Of a stretch of 64,000 bases of DNA, positions 10,901 to 21,098 are shown one piece after another. The position numbers were made by a program, and so were the translations under genes. This DNA is from Terriglobia bacterium (GTDB lineage: Bacteria; Acidobacteriota; Terriglobia; 20CM-2-55-15). The notes beneath the pieces are model-generated. The model did no database searches and had not been told where the DNA came from. It saw only the letters and a list, made by a program, of their open reading frames with translations. Location: contig CBDAOY010000009.1 of assembly GCA_965198225.1 (NCBI GenBank), forward strand, positions 320,001-384,000, written 5' to 3'. Position 1 is the stretch's first letter; each line of letters starts with the position of its first letter.

Positions 10901-11794
10901 GGCAACCTGGCACTTCACGGTACCGGATCGGCGCCGAACCTGGAAGGCAACCTCGACGTCCTCAGTTTCTCTTACGACGAAAGCTTCGACCGGTTCCTGG
11001 AACTCTTCCAGAACCCCGGACCCAGCGACCTCGAGTCCCCGCTCGCCGCTGTCACGCTGGCGATCCGCGCCCAGGGTGACCGGAACATCAGCATCGAAAA
11101 TGATCTTGCCAGCGTCGAAGGAAGATTGGACCTCGACATCGGCGGTACCTTCGGGAATCCGGCGCTGACGGGTCATGTCGAGGTCAGTGCCGGCTTTCTC
11201 GACTTTCAGGGCTCGCGCTACCGGATCACCCGCGGAAGCGTCGACTTCGTCGATCCTTTCCGCGTCGAACCGGTGGTCGACATACAGGCCGAGACCGAAC
11301 TTCGAGACTACCGGATAATCCTCGGCATCAGCGGACGTGGCGACGAGATCAGGCTGGACATGCGTTCCGACCCACCTCTGCCGCAGTTGGAAATCGTCAG
11401 TTTGATCGCGGGCGGGCGTACTCGTGAGGAGCTTGCGGAAGATCCTGCCGCCGGGGCCGCCCTTCCGACCAGCGAGCAACTGTTCCGAGGGGGCGCCGCA
11501 ACCATACTCACAGACTTGCTGCAATCACGCGTCGGTTCGCGCTTCGGCCTGCTCGATCGCTTTCGGCTAGAGCCGTTTCTGGTCGGCGCAGAGAACGACC
11601 CGGTTGCCCGTGTGACGATATCCGAACAGATCACCAGGGACCTGACGATCACCTACTCGCAGGACCTCTCCTCGAACCGCCAGCAGATCATCCTGATCGA
11701 ATACTTCCTCAACAACGATACCTCGTTCATCGCTTCACGCGATGAAACCGGCGCAGTCGGACTGGACATAAAACTCCGAAAAAGATTCCAGTAG
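7952..11794 (+). CDS. tamB: TamB/AsmA-like translocation and assembly module protein
   Basis: N-terminal TM anchor, long beta-rich body, DUF490-like C-terminus (SDPPLPQ.EI.SL). Confidence 0.85.
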   Translation: MKLKLLSRKRILALMSVMTLALLAVVAGAVYFLSSPDFDDFAADYIVDRIESASGGQAELEGFEADFWQQRFLLEGLSLRSEDDSGDRALMEIDQIDLGLNLMAMIRRKLDLSSLTLTRPRLYIDIAPDGSTNIPTLEQRADQGGSSFEVSIDALNVDGGEVLIGERRVNIDFALAELDGSFEYAGATGVLSGHLEYEGTVERADRSPIPYKLRADFDHTAGTVLVHTAELSSGESRVTLRGRVDDVLRSGSGRMDYNGSTHLPFMNYFFTREDFEGTLEFAGELSFSSDHFSATGHATGERVAVDDWIATDLESDFEYAFPERRLRATAIEMNALAGRVNGIADIGPLPGPGRRVELDLSYSDVDAARLRRIYPWDRQYVIDSLATGTLQGWFEGKFTRFEFEGNSNLVPADVSDREGTVSLALSGETHYEGTPGSVRLTDATARLGATDIEADGLVDRVSSSLELSLKSADLGDLDFLYDGANGSGEFDGTVTGPIGEPVIAGQFVVSGYRSGNWGLDRLAGKARLNPDRIALEGVQVSDGRSELVMSGSVGLDGADPDLDIRVRSLHGKDLEEFVASPFDGQFSGDVHVASIAPIEASGKLQARNLVYEGRLLGNAQTDFNFDDAEIRLSDLALEREDANLQASLIYRRASDEINVDLTSSGLTLEELHSLGVPSAFSGTIRDADFNVRGTRSLPQVEGSASVEEFRFRQQHFPRVDLSVGTSARLVRARIETTQNLTLEAEFNAAEDGYPFTGKADYSDYAIDQLTGMATGSLVATGTASFAGLLADFSTLAGEGEVTDLRAVFRDRVLGIAQPFPFRFDSQRLTLSEINLSGGATSIRLSGTAALAETTPLDLSINGAVDLSLVAGGIPNIEADGSLTLEGTVTGGIRNPELRGLAQLEDVSLGHEGLFLRLSSVNGGLFFDGNSVNLTDVEGSAGGGRVTMRGSIDVENLSLGAFDVRLDLSNVRLRDPEGLRTVVSGNLALHGTGSAPNLEGNLDVLSFSYDESFDRFLELFQNPGPSDLESPLAAVTLAIRAQGDRNISIENDLASVEGRLDLDIGGTFGNPALTGHVEVSAGFLDFQGSRYRITRGSVDFVDPFRVEPVVDIQAETELRDYRIILGISGRGDEIRLDMRSDPPLPQLEIVSLIAGGRTREELAEDPAAGAALPTSEQLFRGGAATILTDLLQSRVGSRFGLLDRFRLEPFLVGAENDPVARVTISEQITRDLTITYSQDLSSNRQQIILIEYFLNNDTSFIASRDETGAVGLDIKLRKRFQ

Positions 11795-11842
11795 GAGGAT
11801 CGTCGGAACGGATCGATCCAGAGATTGCACGGATGAGATCCA

Positions 11843-11933
11843 GCCACGGATTGCACGGATTTAACGGATCACGAGGAGTCTTTCAGAGGCAGACCATAGG
11901 GTTCCTGTCCGTGTAATCTGTGTAATCCGTGGC
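11843..11933. repeat. Intergenic imperfect inverted repeat built from 9-mer units (cacggattg / gtaatccgt)
   Basis: gccacggattgcacggat at 11843 versus atctgtgtaatccgtggc ending 11933; between convergent tamB and ridA. Confidence 0.65.
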
Positions 11934-11964
11934 ATTCTCAGCAGGTTTCCCGGAGAGCGAAAAC

Positions 11965-12351
11965 CTACTCCAACAGTGCGATGCATTCGATTTCGATGGC
12001 GACGCCAAGCGGGAGGGCAGCGACCTCTACGGTGGCGCGGGCGGGGGGAGAGTGTTTGAAGAATTCTCCGTAGATTCCATTCACCTCTTTGAAGTTTCCC
12101 ATGTCGGAAAGATAGATCGTTACCTTCACAACGTGGCTGAGCGAGGCACCGGCACCGGTGAGGACCCCTTGCAGGTTCATTAACGACTGGCGGGCCTGCG
12201 CTGCCACGGACATGTCGCCGATGAGCTGACCCGTGGCCGGGTCCAGCGGGATCTGCCCCGACACGAAGACGAAGTTACCGGCGCGGATCGCCTGGGAATA
12301 GGGTCCGATCGCGGGCGGACCCAACGGAGTCGAGATCACTCTCTTGGGCAT
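11965..12351 (-). CDS. ridA: RidA/YjgF family deaminase
   Basis: AIGPYSQA, FVSGQIP, PPARATVEVAALP, IEIECIA. Confidence 0.92.
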   Translation of the reverse strand: MPKRVISTPLGPPAIGPYSQAIRAGNFVFVSGQIPLDPATGQLIGDMSVAAQARQSLMNLQGVLTGAGASLSHVVKVTIYLSDMGNFKEVNGIYGEFFKHSPPARATVEVAALPLGVAIEIECIALLE

Positions 12352-12366
12352 AGTTGGGCTATCTTC

Positions 12367-14550
12367 CTAGGTTGCTGTGTTGACGGTCTTTGGGGCACGA
12401 ATCACATCGAAAACGCCGTCGAGTTGCCTGATCTTCGAGATAACTTTCTCCAGATGCTTCATGTCGGGTATCTCCAAGGTCATGTCGATGACGCCGTGCT
12501 CTTTTTCCGTGCGTGCAGCAACGTCCAGAATGTTGGAACGAATGTCTGAGATCGCGGAAGAAACGCCGGCCAGGATGCCGGGCCGATCGGCCGTCGTGAT
12601 CGTCAACTGGACTGCGTAAGCTTCGCTGTCGAGCGGCCGGCTGGCCCATTCGACATCGATTCGCCGGTCCGCCTCATACATCAGGTTCTGGACGTTCGGG
12701 CAGTCCTTGGCATGGACCGCCACTCCCTTTCCGCGTGTGACGTAACCGATGATTCCCTCGCCGCGGATCGGCTCGCAGCACTTTGCTCGATAAACCAGAA
12801 GATCATCCATCCCCTTCACTTTGATCTTCAGGTCGTCGCTGAAACCGAAGACCCTCTTGACCGCCGAGGTGAGCTTCGACGCCGGCGCAGCGGCATCCTT
12901 CAGGGCGTCGGGGTCTGCCTTCGCCAGGACTTGTCGGGCCGAGACCTTCCCGTAGCCGATCGCCGACATCAGGTCGTCCACCTTTGTGCACCCGTAGTGG
13001 GGAGCGATCTCCAGTAGCCGATCGCTCTCGCTCAAAGCCTTCACGCTGACCTTGTACTTGCGCGCCTCCTTCTCGAGAAGCTTCTGTCCCAGCTCGACAG
13101 ACTGGGTCTTCTCCTGACCGCTCAGCCAGTTGCGAATCTTGTTCCTTGCTCGGGAAGTCTTGATGAAGTTCAGCCAGTCCCGGCTGGGGTGGTGCCCGGG
13201 CTGCGTCACGATCTCCACGATGTCGCCGTTGGACAATCTGCTCTTGAGCGGAACAAGGCGTCCATTCACCTTGGCGCCGACACACGTGTTGCCCACTTCG
13301 GTGTGGATCGCATAGGCAAAGTCCACGGGTGTGGCATCGCTCGGCATCGTGATGACCTCGCCCTTAGGCGTGAAGGTGTATACCTCCTCTGGATAGAGAT
13401 CGACCTTGAGCGTGCTCAGGAAGTCGGTCGGATCTTTCATCTCCTGTTGCCATTCGACGAGATGGCGCAACCAAGAGACGCGATGGTCTTCCCGGTCGTC
13501 TGCCACAAGCTTCCCATCTTTGTACTTCCAATGAGCCGCGATTCCTTCTTCGGCCACCTCATGCATTTCCGCCGTCCGGATCTGTACCTCGAAGGGCTGT
13601 GCTCCAGCGATGACAGATGTGTGCAGCGACTGGTACATGTTGGGGCGCGGCATCGCGATGAAATCCTTGATACGTCCGGGAACCGGCCGCCACGTGTTGT
13701 GGATGACTCCGAGAGCGGCGTAGCAATTCTTGATATCGTCGGTGACGATTCGGATCGCGAGCAGGTCGTAGACCTGGTCCAGCTCGATCATTTGCCGCCT
13801 TAGTTTCTGATCGATTGAATAGATTCTCTTGATCCGGGCTTCGGTCTTACACGGGATTCCATGCTCGGTCAGTTTCTGCTCGATCGTCTGCCGGACATCT
13901 TCGAGAAACTTTTCGTCTACCTTCCGCTTAGCTTCGAGAGACGTCTTGATCTCGTTGTACGAGTTGGGATCCAGAAAACTGAACGCGAGGTCTTCGAGTT
14001 CCCCGCGAATCTTTCCCATCCCGAGACGATGTGCGAGGGGGGCGTAGATCTCCAGCGTCTCGCGAGCGATCGCCTCCCTGCGGTCGGCCCGCAGGTGGCG
14101 CAACGTACGCATGTTGTGGAGACGGTCGGCGAGCTTGACGATGATCACCCTGACGTCGTCACTCATGGCCAGCAGCATTTTCCGGAAATTCTCGGCCTGC
14201 TTTTCCTCGGTAGACGTGAAGTAAATCTGGCTGATCTTCGTCAGCGCGTCGACAACGTGGGCGACCTCTTCGCCAAACATCGCCTCCAGGTTTTCAAGCG
14301 ACGTCAGCGTGTCCTCGACGACGTCGTGGAGCAGACCGACGCTGACCGTCACCGCATCCATCTTCATCTCGGCAAGGATGTTGGCGACTTCGAGAGGATG
14401 CGTCAGGTAGGGTTCACCGGACGCCCGTACCTGCCCTTTGTGCTCCTTCGCTGAGAAGAGGTAGGCGCGGCGGACGATTTCGAGATCATCCTGCGGGTGA
14501 TGCTTCTGAATCTTCTCGATGATTTGTTCCAAGCGAATCATGGTCGACAC
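12367..14550 (-). CDS. relA: Bifunctional (p)ppGpp synthetase/hydrolase (RelA/SpoT homolog)
   Basis: HD domain (LLHDVVED), KLADRLHNMRTL, YQSLHT, TGS and ACT domains. Confidence 0.95.
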   Translation of the reverse strand: MSTMIRLEQIIEKIQKHHPQDDLEIVRRAYLFSAKEHKGQVRASGEPYLTHPLEVANILAEMKMDAVTVSVGLLHDVVEDTLTSLENLEAMFGEEVAHVVDALTKISQIYFTSTEEKQAENFRKMLLAMSDDVRVIIVKLADRLHNMRTLRHLRADRREAIARETLEIYAPLAHRLGMGKIRGELEDLAFSFLDPNSYNEIKTSLEAKRKVDEKFLEDVRQTIEQKLTEHGIPCKTEARIKRIYSIDQKLRRQMIELDQVYDLLAIRIVTDDIKNCYAALGVIHNTWRPVPGRIKDFIAMPRPNMYQSLHTSVIAGAQPFEVQIRTAEMHEVAEEGIAAHWKYKDGKLVADDREDHRVSWLRHLVEWQQEMKDPTDFLSTLKVDLYPEEVYTFTPKGEVITMPSDATPVDFAYAIHTEVGNTCVGAKVNGRLVPLKSRLSNGDIVEIVTQPGHHPSRDWLNFIKTSRARNKIRNWLSGQEKTQSVELGQKLLEKEARKYKVSVKALSESDRLLEIAPHYGCTKVDDLMSAIGYGKVSARQVLAKADPDALKDAAAPASKLTSAVKRVFGFSDDLKIKVKGMDDLLVYRAKCCEPIRGEGIIGYVTRGKGVAVHAKDCPNVQNLMYEADRRIDVEWASRPLDSEAYAVQLTITTADRPGILAGVSSAISDIRSNILDVAARTEKEHGVIDMTLEIPDMKHLEKVISKIRQLDGVFDVIRAPKTVNTAT

Positions 14551-14678
14551 ACGGGTGCCACCGCTTACAATCGGCGACGGAGTCCTCGGATCTCACCCTA
14601 TTGTAGCCCGTCCTTTCCGGTCAATCACTTGCGACGTGAATCTTTTGACGGTTTTCGGGGAGAACCTGCAAATTGCTC

Positions 14679-14709
14679 TTGAACCTGACGTAACGTAAGG
14701 TTGTATCAC
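14679..14709 (+). promoter_or_regulatory. MerR-type promoter with dyad operator
   Basis: TTGAAC-N19-TATCAC; dyad aacctgacgt-a-acgtaaggtt (14682-14702) between -35 and -10; the 19-bp spacer is typical of MerR promoters. Confidence 0.8.
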
Positions 14710-14734
14710 CTCTCAATGGGAAGGAGGAAGTCGA

Positions 14735-15486
14735 ATGCCCAAAGGGCTTTGGAAGGTCGGAGAGCTGGCCAATGAGACCGGTTTGTCCGTGCGAACCCTC
14801 CACTACTACGACCACATCGAGCTGCTCTCGCCGACCCGGCATACGGACGCCGGACATCGTCTTTACGGAGCGGGGGACGTGTCGCGTCTGTATCGAATCA
14901 TCGCGCTGCGCAACCTCGGCCTTTCGCTCGACGAGATAAAGAGTTGCCTGGGCCGAAGCAATTACTCCCCCCAAAAGGTCGTGCAGCTCCAGATCGACCG
15001 CCTTCGGGAACGGATGGAGCTTGAGCAGCGGCTATGCCGGCGTCTGGAGGCCATAGCCGGGCGCTTGAATTCACGGAAGAGGGTGTCGGTGGAGCAATTC
15101 ATCCAGACCATCAGGGAGGTTCAGATGTCTGAAAAATTCGAGAAGTACTACCCGCCGGAACAGCGGGAAGAACTCGCACGACGGAAAATCGCTGTCGGCG
15201 AGGATCGCATCCGACAGGACGAGCAAGAGTGGGCGGGGCGGACCTGTTCGATCGATTCCGAACCGAAATGGACAACGGAACGGATACCGCGAGTGAAACG
15301 GTTCAGGAACTCGTCGCAAGGTACACCAGCTTGATCAACGAGTTCACCGGCGGCAACAAGAAGATCGAAGCGTCGATGGCAAAGATGTACAGAGCCGAAC
15401 CGAACCTGCTGCAACAGTTCGGGATGAACTTCGATCAGCCGCTCCGCGAGTACATCGGGAAGGCGATGTCTCCTGGGAGGAAATGA
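14735..15486 (+). pseudogene. TipA-like MerR regulator with TipAS-type C-terminal domain, frameshifted
   Basis: MerR HTH (VRTLHYYD.I.LL.P) in ORF 14735; C-terminal domain continues in the 15229 frame; removing one copy of GGGCG at 15231-15240 gives a continuous EWADLFDRFRTEMD. Confidence 0.8.
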
Positions 15487-15638
15487 CTGGGGGTCTTGAT
15501 GGTAGCGAAATCCCTGGGAAGGCTCCGGGCGTGGGGGGACCGGACCAGCTGTCTTTCTCCGAAGGCCTTCGCAATGCTAGGGTGTCTTCGAACGCTCCCG
15601 GTCGAAAAGAGAGGGGGACGGTGGGCCCGACGCTAATG

Positions 15639-17621
15639 ATCGGGGAGGCGGGCTTAACGCCCGCCTCCCACACCACCGTACGTACGGTTCCGTATACGGC
15701 GGTTCATAAAGATTGAAGTCGGGAATGCACCTCGGAGAAGGATTGCAAACCCAGGCGACGGAAGGCAGAGGCGGGGACAGCCTGATTCATATGGCTGGCG
15801 CCCGCATTCCACCAAGGCCCGCGCCCGTTGGAAACCGAGGTCCGAGCCCGAGCGGTCGCAATACCGCGTCGAGTGAGTTCCCGGAATCGTGTTCGGTTCC
15901 GCTTCCACTGCTGCCACAAGATCGACCGCAGCCGGCGGCGCAACCACTGATCCAGTCGCTCGAAGCTGCCTCGAACCTCCGCCAAGCGATAGTAAGCCAC
16001 CCAACCCCGAATGATGGGAATGAGTGTTCCGATCGTGCGAGCGAGGCTTCGGCCTCGCCCGGCTCGCGTGATCTCCCGAAGTCTCATTTTCAGTCGTTTT
16101 AACGACGAATCCGAAACCTTCAGTTTGGCCTCGCGATGCGCCGTGAAACTGTACCCGAGGAACTTTCGCTTCCACGGCCGCGCCACGGCGCTTTTGGCCC
16201 GGTTCACCTTCAGCCGGAGTCTCCTGTCCAGAAAACATTCCAGCGATGCCATGACCCGCTGACCCGCTGCCTCGGAGCGAATGTACACATTCACATCGTC
16301 GGCATAACGAACGAAGCGGTGCCCACGTTTCCCCAACTCCCGATCCAGTTCATCCAGCAACAGGTTCGACAGCAGAGGCGAGAGGGGGCCGCCTTGCGGC
16401 GTCCCTTCTGCCCGGGGCGACACCAGCCCGCCCTCCATCAGTCCGGCCTGTAGATAGCGCCGAATCAATCGAAGCACCCGTTTGTCTTTGATTCGTCGCG
16501 CCACGCGTGCCATCAGCACGTCATGGTTGACGCGATCAAAGAACTTCTCGATGTCCAGGTCCACCACCCAGCGATGTCCGGCTCGAATGTGTTCCCGGGC
16601 ACGCACCACCGCCTTTTGGGCGCTTCGTCCCGGTCGGTAGCCGTAGCTATCTTCCGAGAACGTCCGATCCCATAGGGGTTGGAGAACCTGAAGCAGAGCC
16701 TGTTGAATCATCCGGTCCATCACGGTCGGAATGCCCAGCGTCCGTATCCCTCCGTCCGGTTTCAGAATATCGACTTTCCTCACCGGTTGGGGGCGGTACG
16801 TCTCGTCGAGCAGTTCTTGACGGACTCGCGTCCAGTGCATCTGACAGTGCGGCATCGACCTTGGCTGACTCCGGCCGTCGCCTCGACCCCAACCGTTTAG
16901 CGCGAGATCGACCAGGTCCTCAACGGTCATCCCGTCGATTCCCGCCGCCCCGCTATTGGCCTTGACGCGTCGGTATGCGGCCAGAACGTTTTCCCGTTCC
17001 AGCACCTTCTCCAGTAGCATTCCCTCCTCGATCCCGACTTGCTCGTGACGTGCCGTGCGAGTTTGACGCCCCTCATCCGTATCTGTCACGGTTCCGCCGC
17101 TATCCTTCCGGTTCGGTTCCGGCTTCTCAGCCCTCTTGTCTGCGTCTCCGTTTCGCATCGAACGCTCCGTGTCGGTCTCTTCTCCATGTGTGGTCCTTCA
17201 CCCCGGCTCCGCCGGGCTACTATGACCGTGGCTGACTTCCGCCGCCCCATCGCGCCGCCTCTCGACGACTCTAGCTGTTCCCAGCAAGACAACGGATCTC
17301 CCAGGGTAAGGCACGTGACTTTCACTCCATCTACCCGCCGCATCTACAAACGCCCGGTCCGGATGACATTGGGCTTCCGATCTGTTGGCCTCTTCGCCCA
17401 CCTGACGCCTGCCTCTTATGCGGTTCGTGTGCCTCGGGCCAGAGTTTTGCCTATGGCTTCCTTCCCACCCCCGATTGCTCGGACGCAGTTGCCACATCGG
17501 CTAAGGGTTCCTGTCATCAAGGCCCCCAGAGGACTCTCACCTCCTAGTCACTTCCCGGTTCGCTTTCGCTCCCCGGTTATCCAGCGCCAATTCATGGCGC
17601 TGCGCGCCATGCCTGGCGCAC
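15639..17621 (-). mobile_element. Group II intron, class IIC
   Basis: 5' GTGCG at 17621 directly after a terminator; short IIC-type domain V (accgccgtat-acggaaccgt-ac-gtacggtggt); domain VI hairpin and ...CGAT end at 15639; RT ORF inside. Confidence 0.9.
15704..17158 (-). CDS. ltrA: Group II intron reverse transcriptase/maturase without endonuclease domain
   Basis: GAAGIDGMT, RTLGIPT..DR, GTPQGGPLSPLL, YADD, domain X (RGWVAYY). Confidence 0.95.
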   Translation of the reverse strand: MRNGDADKRAEKPEPNRKDSGGTVTDTDEGRQTRTARHEQVGIEEGMLLEKVLERENVLAAYRRVKANSGAAGIDGMTVEDLVDLALNGWGRGDGRSQPRSMPHCQMHWTRVRQELLDETYRPQPVRKVDILKPDGGIRTLGIPTVMDRMIQQALLQVLQPLWDRTFSEDSYGYRPGRSAQKAVVRAREHIRAGHRWVVDLDIEKFFDRVNHDVLMARVARRIKDKRVLRLIRRYLQAGLMEGGLVSPRAEGTPQGGPLSPLLSNLLLDELDRELGKRGHRFVRYADDVNVYIRSEAAGQRVMASLECFLDRRLRLKVNRAKSAVARPWKRKFLGYSFTAHREAKLKVSDSSLKRLKMRLREITRAGRGRSLARTIGTLIPIIRGWVAYYRLAEVRGSFERLDQWLRRRLRSILWQQWKRNRTRFRELTRRGIATARARTSVSNGRGPWWNAGASHMNQAVPASAFRRLGLQSFSEVHSRLQSL

Positions 17622-17660
17622 CAAGAAAAAAGGCCGTCCCCAAAGGGACGGTCCTTTCTT
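17622..17660 (-). terminator. Intrinsic terminator after the TonB/TPR operon; intron target site
   Basis: Minus strand aggaccgtccc-tttg-gggacggcct then tttttcttg, immediately before the intron GTGCG. Confidence 0.85.
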
Positions 17661-17688
17661 CGATTCGCTCAGTGAAACGAAAACCTGT

Positions 17689-18438
17689 TTACTGTCCGAC
17701 CTCGTTGGCGGCTTCCCGCTCCGCGAGCAATCTGCGCGTTTCCATGGCCCTGTTGAACCACAGGTCCGCCATCTGGAGGAGCTGCTGACGATCGGCGAGC
17801 GCCCCTTCGTCTTCAGAATCTTCCGGGATCAACGCCGCGGATTCGCGGTAAAGCAGGTTCTTGTAGGTCATCGCATCCTCATACTCTTCGTTCAGTTCGA
17901 GGGCACGATCCAAGGCTTGCTGGCCTTCTTCGATCAGGTCCGTCAACTCTTCCGGAGAACGCTCGACGGTCTTGTCGAAAACGATCATCCAGTTGAGGCT
18001 GCCGATGCTGTAATGCGACACCGGATTCTCGGCGTCGACGGACGCCTGCAGCAAGTAGTACTCGCGTGCGGTATCCAGATCGTTCGTGTTCTGGTAGATG
18101 CTGGCCAACCCGGCCATCGCTGTTGTCGCGGTCGGATCTCGCTCCAGGACGCTTTCAAACGTATCGATCGCCAGCTGTGCCATGCGGCGATTCTCCTCGG
18201 ACAGCGCCCCCGGGACGAACTGCTGGGAATAGGCTGTGGCAAGGTACAGTTCAGCCTGGGTCAGCTCCGGGTCGAGCTCGAGCGCGACGATGAAATAATC
18301 GACGGCGGCCTGGTAGTTCGAGTCGTTAAAGGCGCGGACACCCTTGTTCAGGTTGTCTCTCGCCTGAAGACTCTGACAGCCCACCGAGGCCAGCGCGAGC
18401 ATTCCAACTAGTAACAAAAGTAGTTTCTTCTGCCGCAT
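17689..18438 (-). CDS. TPR-repeat lipoprotein
   Basis: Lipobox (SVGC), TPR-like helices; last gene of the TonB operon. Confidence 0.8.
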   Translation of the reverse strand: MRQKKLLLLLVGMLALASVGCQSLQARDNLNKGVRAFNDSNYQAAVDYFIVALELDPELTQAELYLATAYSQQFVPGALSEENRRMAQLAIDTFESVLERDPTATTAMAGLASIYQNTNDLDTAREYYLLQASVDAENPVSHYSIGSLNWMIVFDKTVERSPEELTDLIEEGQQALDRALELNEEYEDAMTYKNLLYRESAALIPEDSEDEGALADRQQLLQMADLWFNRAMETRRLLAEREAANEVGQ

Positions 18439-18465
18439 AAAACAACACCTCCGCTTTACCGTTGA

Positions 18466-18903
18466 TTACTGACCCGACGTGATCTGTTCGGTCATCAAAC
18501 CGACCTTCTCAACACCTGAACCCTTAGCGATGTCGATGACGACGATGACGTCATTGAACAGCAGCTCGGGATCCGCGTTCACGAAGATCGTGCGGTCATT
18601 GCGAGTCTTGAAGATGTCCTGCAACTGACGACTCAGTGTTCGGAGCTCCGCTGCGTCCTGGTTGATCTGTATCTGACCCCGACTGTCGATCGACACCACG
18701 ACCGTTCGGTTTTCCTCATCCGGCGGCGGCGGCGGAGTCCCCGGCGGCGGTGGCTGTGGTACAGCCGCGTCGAGGCCCTTCGGAGTCAGCGGCGTGATCA
18801 CCATGAAGATGACCAGCAACACGAGTAGAATATCGATCAGCGGCGTGATGTTGATATCGGACGCCGCCCCGAGTTTCTTGCCGTATTTCTTCTTGTCTGC
18901 CAT
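18466..18903 (-). CDS. exbD: ExbD/TolR biopolymer transporter
   Basis: INITPLIDILLVLLVIFM. Confidence 0.9.
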   Translation of the reverse strand: MADKKKYGKKLGAASDINITPLIDILLVLLVIFMVITPLTPKGLDAAVPQPPPPGTPPPPPDEENRTVVVSIDSRGQIQINQDAAELRTLSRQLQDIFKTRNDRTIFVNADPELLFNDVIVVIDIAKGSGVEKVGLMTEQITSGQ

Positions 18904-18918
18904 TCCGTTCTCCCCCGC

Positions 18919-19353
18919 CTACTGGCGGATCGCGTCGTCCAGTCGCTCGGTCAACAGGCCGATACGATCGACGCCGGCCGACCGCACCGTGTCGACCACC
19001 GCGACCACGTCACCGTACTTTGAACGAAAGTCGCTCTTGACATAGATGGTCTTGTCCAGCCTGTCGGCCAGCAGATCCAGCACCAATACCGGCATCTCCT
19101 CCAGGGTGACTCTCTCCTTACCCAGGAAGAACTTCCCGTCGCGGGTCACCGCCACCAGAACCGCGTCGTCCTGGTCGGCTGCCTGCATGTCGATTGGGTT
19201 GTTGGTCTTGGCCAGCTCCACGCTGACGCCCTTCTGGAGCATCGGCGTAATGACCATGAAGATGATCAGCAGAACCAGCATGACGTCGGCCATCGGTGTA
19301 ACGTTGATTTCCGACGTTACCCCCCCCTGGTCGCCACCTGTTGAGATAGCCAT
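18919..19353 (-). CDS. exbD: ExbD/TolR biopolymer transporter
   Basis: INVTPMADVMLVLLIIFM. Confidence 0.9.
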   Translation of the reverse strand: MAISTGGDQGGVTSEINVTPMADVMLVLLIIFMVITPMLQKGVSVELAKTNNPIDMQAADQDDAVLVAVTRDGKFFLGKERVTLEEMPVLVLDLLADRLDKTIYVKSDFRSKYGDVVAVVDTVRSAGVDRIGLLTERLDDAIRQ

Positions 19354-19359
19354 AGCTCA

Positions 19360-20073
19360 TTACCCCCGCTGTTTGACGAAGTAGTCCATCAACTCGGACG
19401 ACGAGTTGTTCATCTCGACCTGGAACGCCTCGACCTTGTTCGTGAAGGAGTTGTACGCCCACACGGCAGGCACCGCGACGAAGAGGCCGAAGGCCGTCGC
19501 GACGAGCGCCTCGGAAATGCCGCCGGCGACTGCGGACAGGCCGGCCGTCTTCTCACTCGACATGCCCTGGAACGCGTTGATGATGCCGACAGTGGTCCCG
19601 AACAATCCGACGAAAGGAGCCGTCGCACCAATCGTCGCCAGACCGGAAAGGCCCCGCTTCAATTCGGCGTTGACGATAGCCTCGGCACGCTCACAAGCGC
19701 GGCGCGAAGCGTCGATCTGTTCCCCGGACAGTTCCGCCGATGAACCCTGTGACCGATACTCCTGCAGCCCGGCTTCAACAACCTTGGCCAGATGGCTGCG
19801 TTTGTTCTGCTCGGCGACGCTGATCGCCTCCTCGATCTTTCCTTCCTTCAGGCAGCCGGCAACGGCGGGAGCAAATTCCCGAGACTGTTTCCGGGCCTGG
19901 GAGAAAGCGATGTAACGATCGATCATGACACCGATCGACCACGCCGACATGATCGCGAGAAGAACCACAACTGCCTTCGCGGCGAAACCCATCTGCGCCC
20001 ACATGGACCGAAGGTCAAAACCGACTTCCTGCAGCAGCATCATTCCCAAAAAATTGAGTTTGTAGAGCATCAT
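19360..20073 (-). CDS. exbB: MotA/TolQ/ExbB proton channel
   Basis: LATIGATAPFVGLFGT, GISEALVATA.GL.VA.PA. Confidence 0.9.
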   Translation of the reverse strand: MMLYKLNFLGMMLLQEVGFDLRSMWAQMGFAAKAVVVLLAIMSAWSIGVMIDRYIAFSQARKQSREFAPAVAGCLKEGKIEEAISVAEQNKRSHLAKVVEAGLQEYRSQGSSAELSGEQIDASRRACERAEAIVNAELKRGLSGLATIGATAPFVGLFGTTVGIINAFQGMSSEKTAGLSAVAGGISEALVATAFGLFVAVPAVWAYNSFTNKVEAFQVEMNNSSSELMDYFVKQRG

Positions 20074-20156
20074 AAAATCAAAGTCCTCCTACTGATTCGT
20101 AACCAAAACCCTTTACGAAACGCTGAATTCGATAAATTTTCCGAGTCGCCGGCGGC

Positions 20157-20909
<753 letters not shown>

Positions 20910-21098
20910 ACCGTTCGTTACCTCCCTTCGCTGACTTTCAAACTTGACGCCCCGTCCGGCGGCTGCTGCCCTATCCGATGACCCGCTGGGGAGGACACCT
21001 CAAACACCAATTACCAAGCCTCTGCCTACAAACACAATAGGAACACGACAGCTCAAAATGTGGCAGTGCTTCGATGGCCTAAAATACCGAGAGCGACC

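Noticed and set aside
15704-17158. RT as retron, DGR or defence RT
   Set aside because: Flanked by group II intron 5' GTGCG and domains V/VI and has a maturase domain; no TR/VR pair or msr-msd seen
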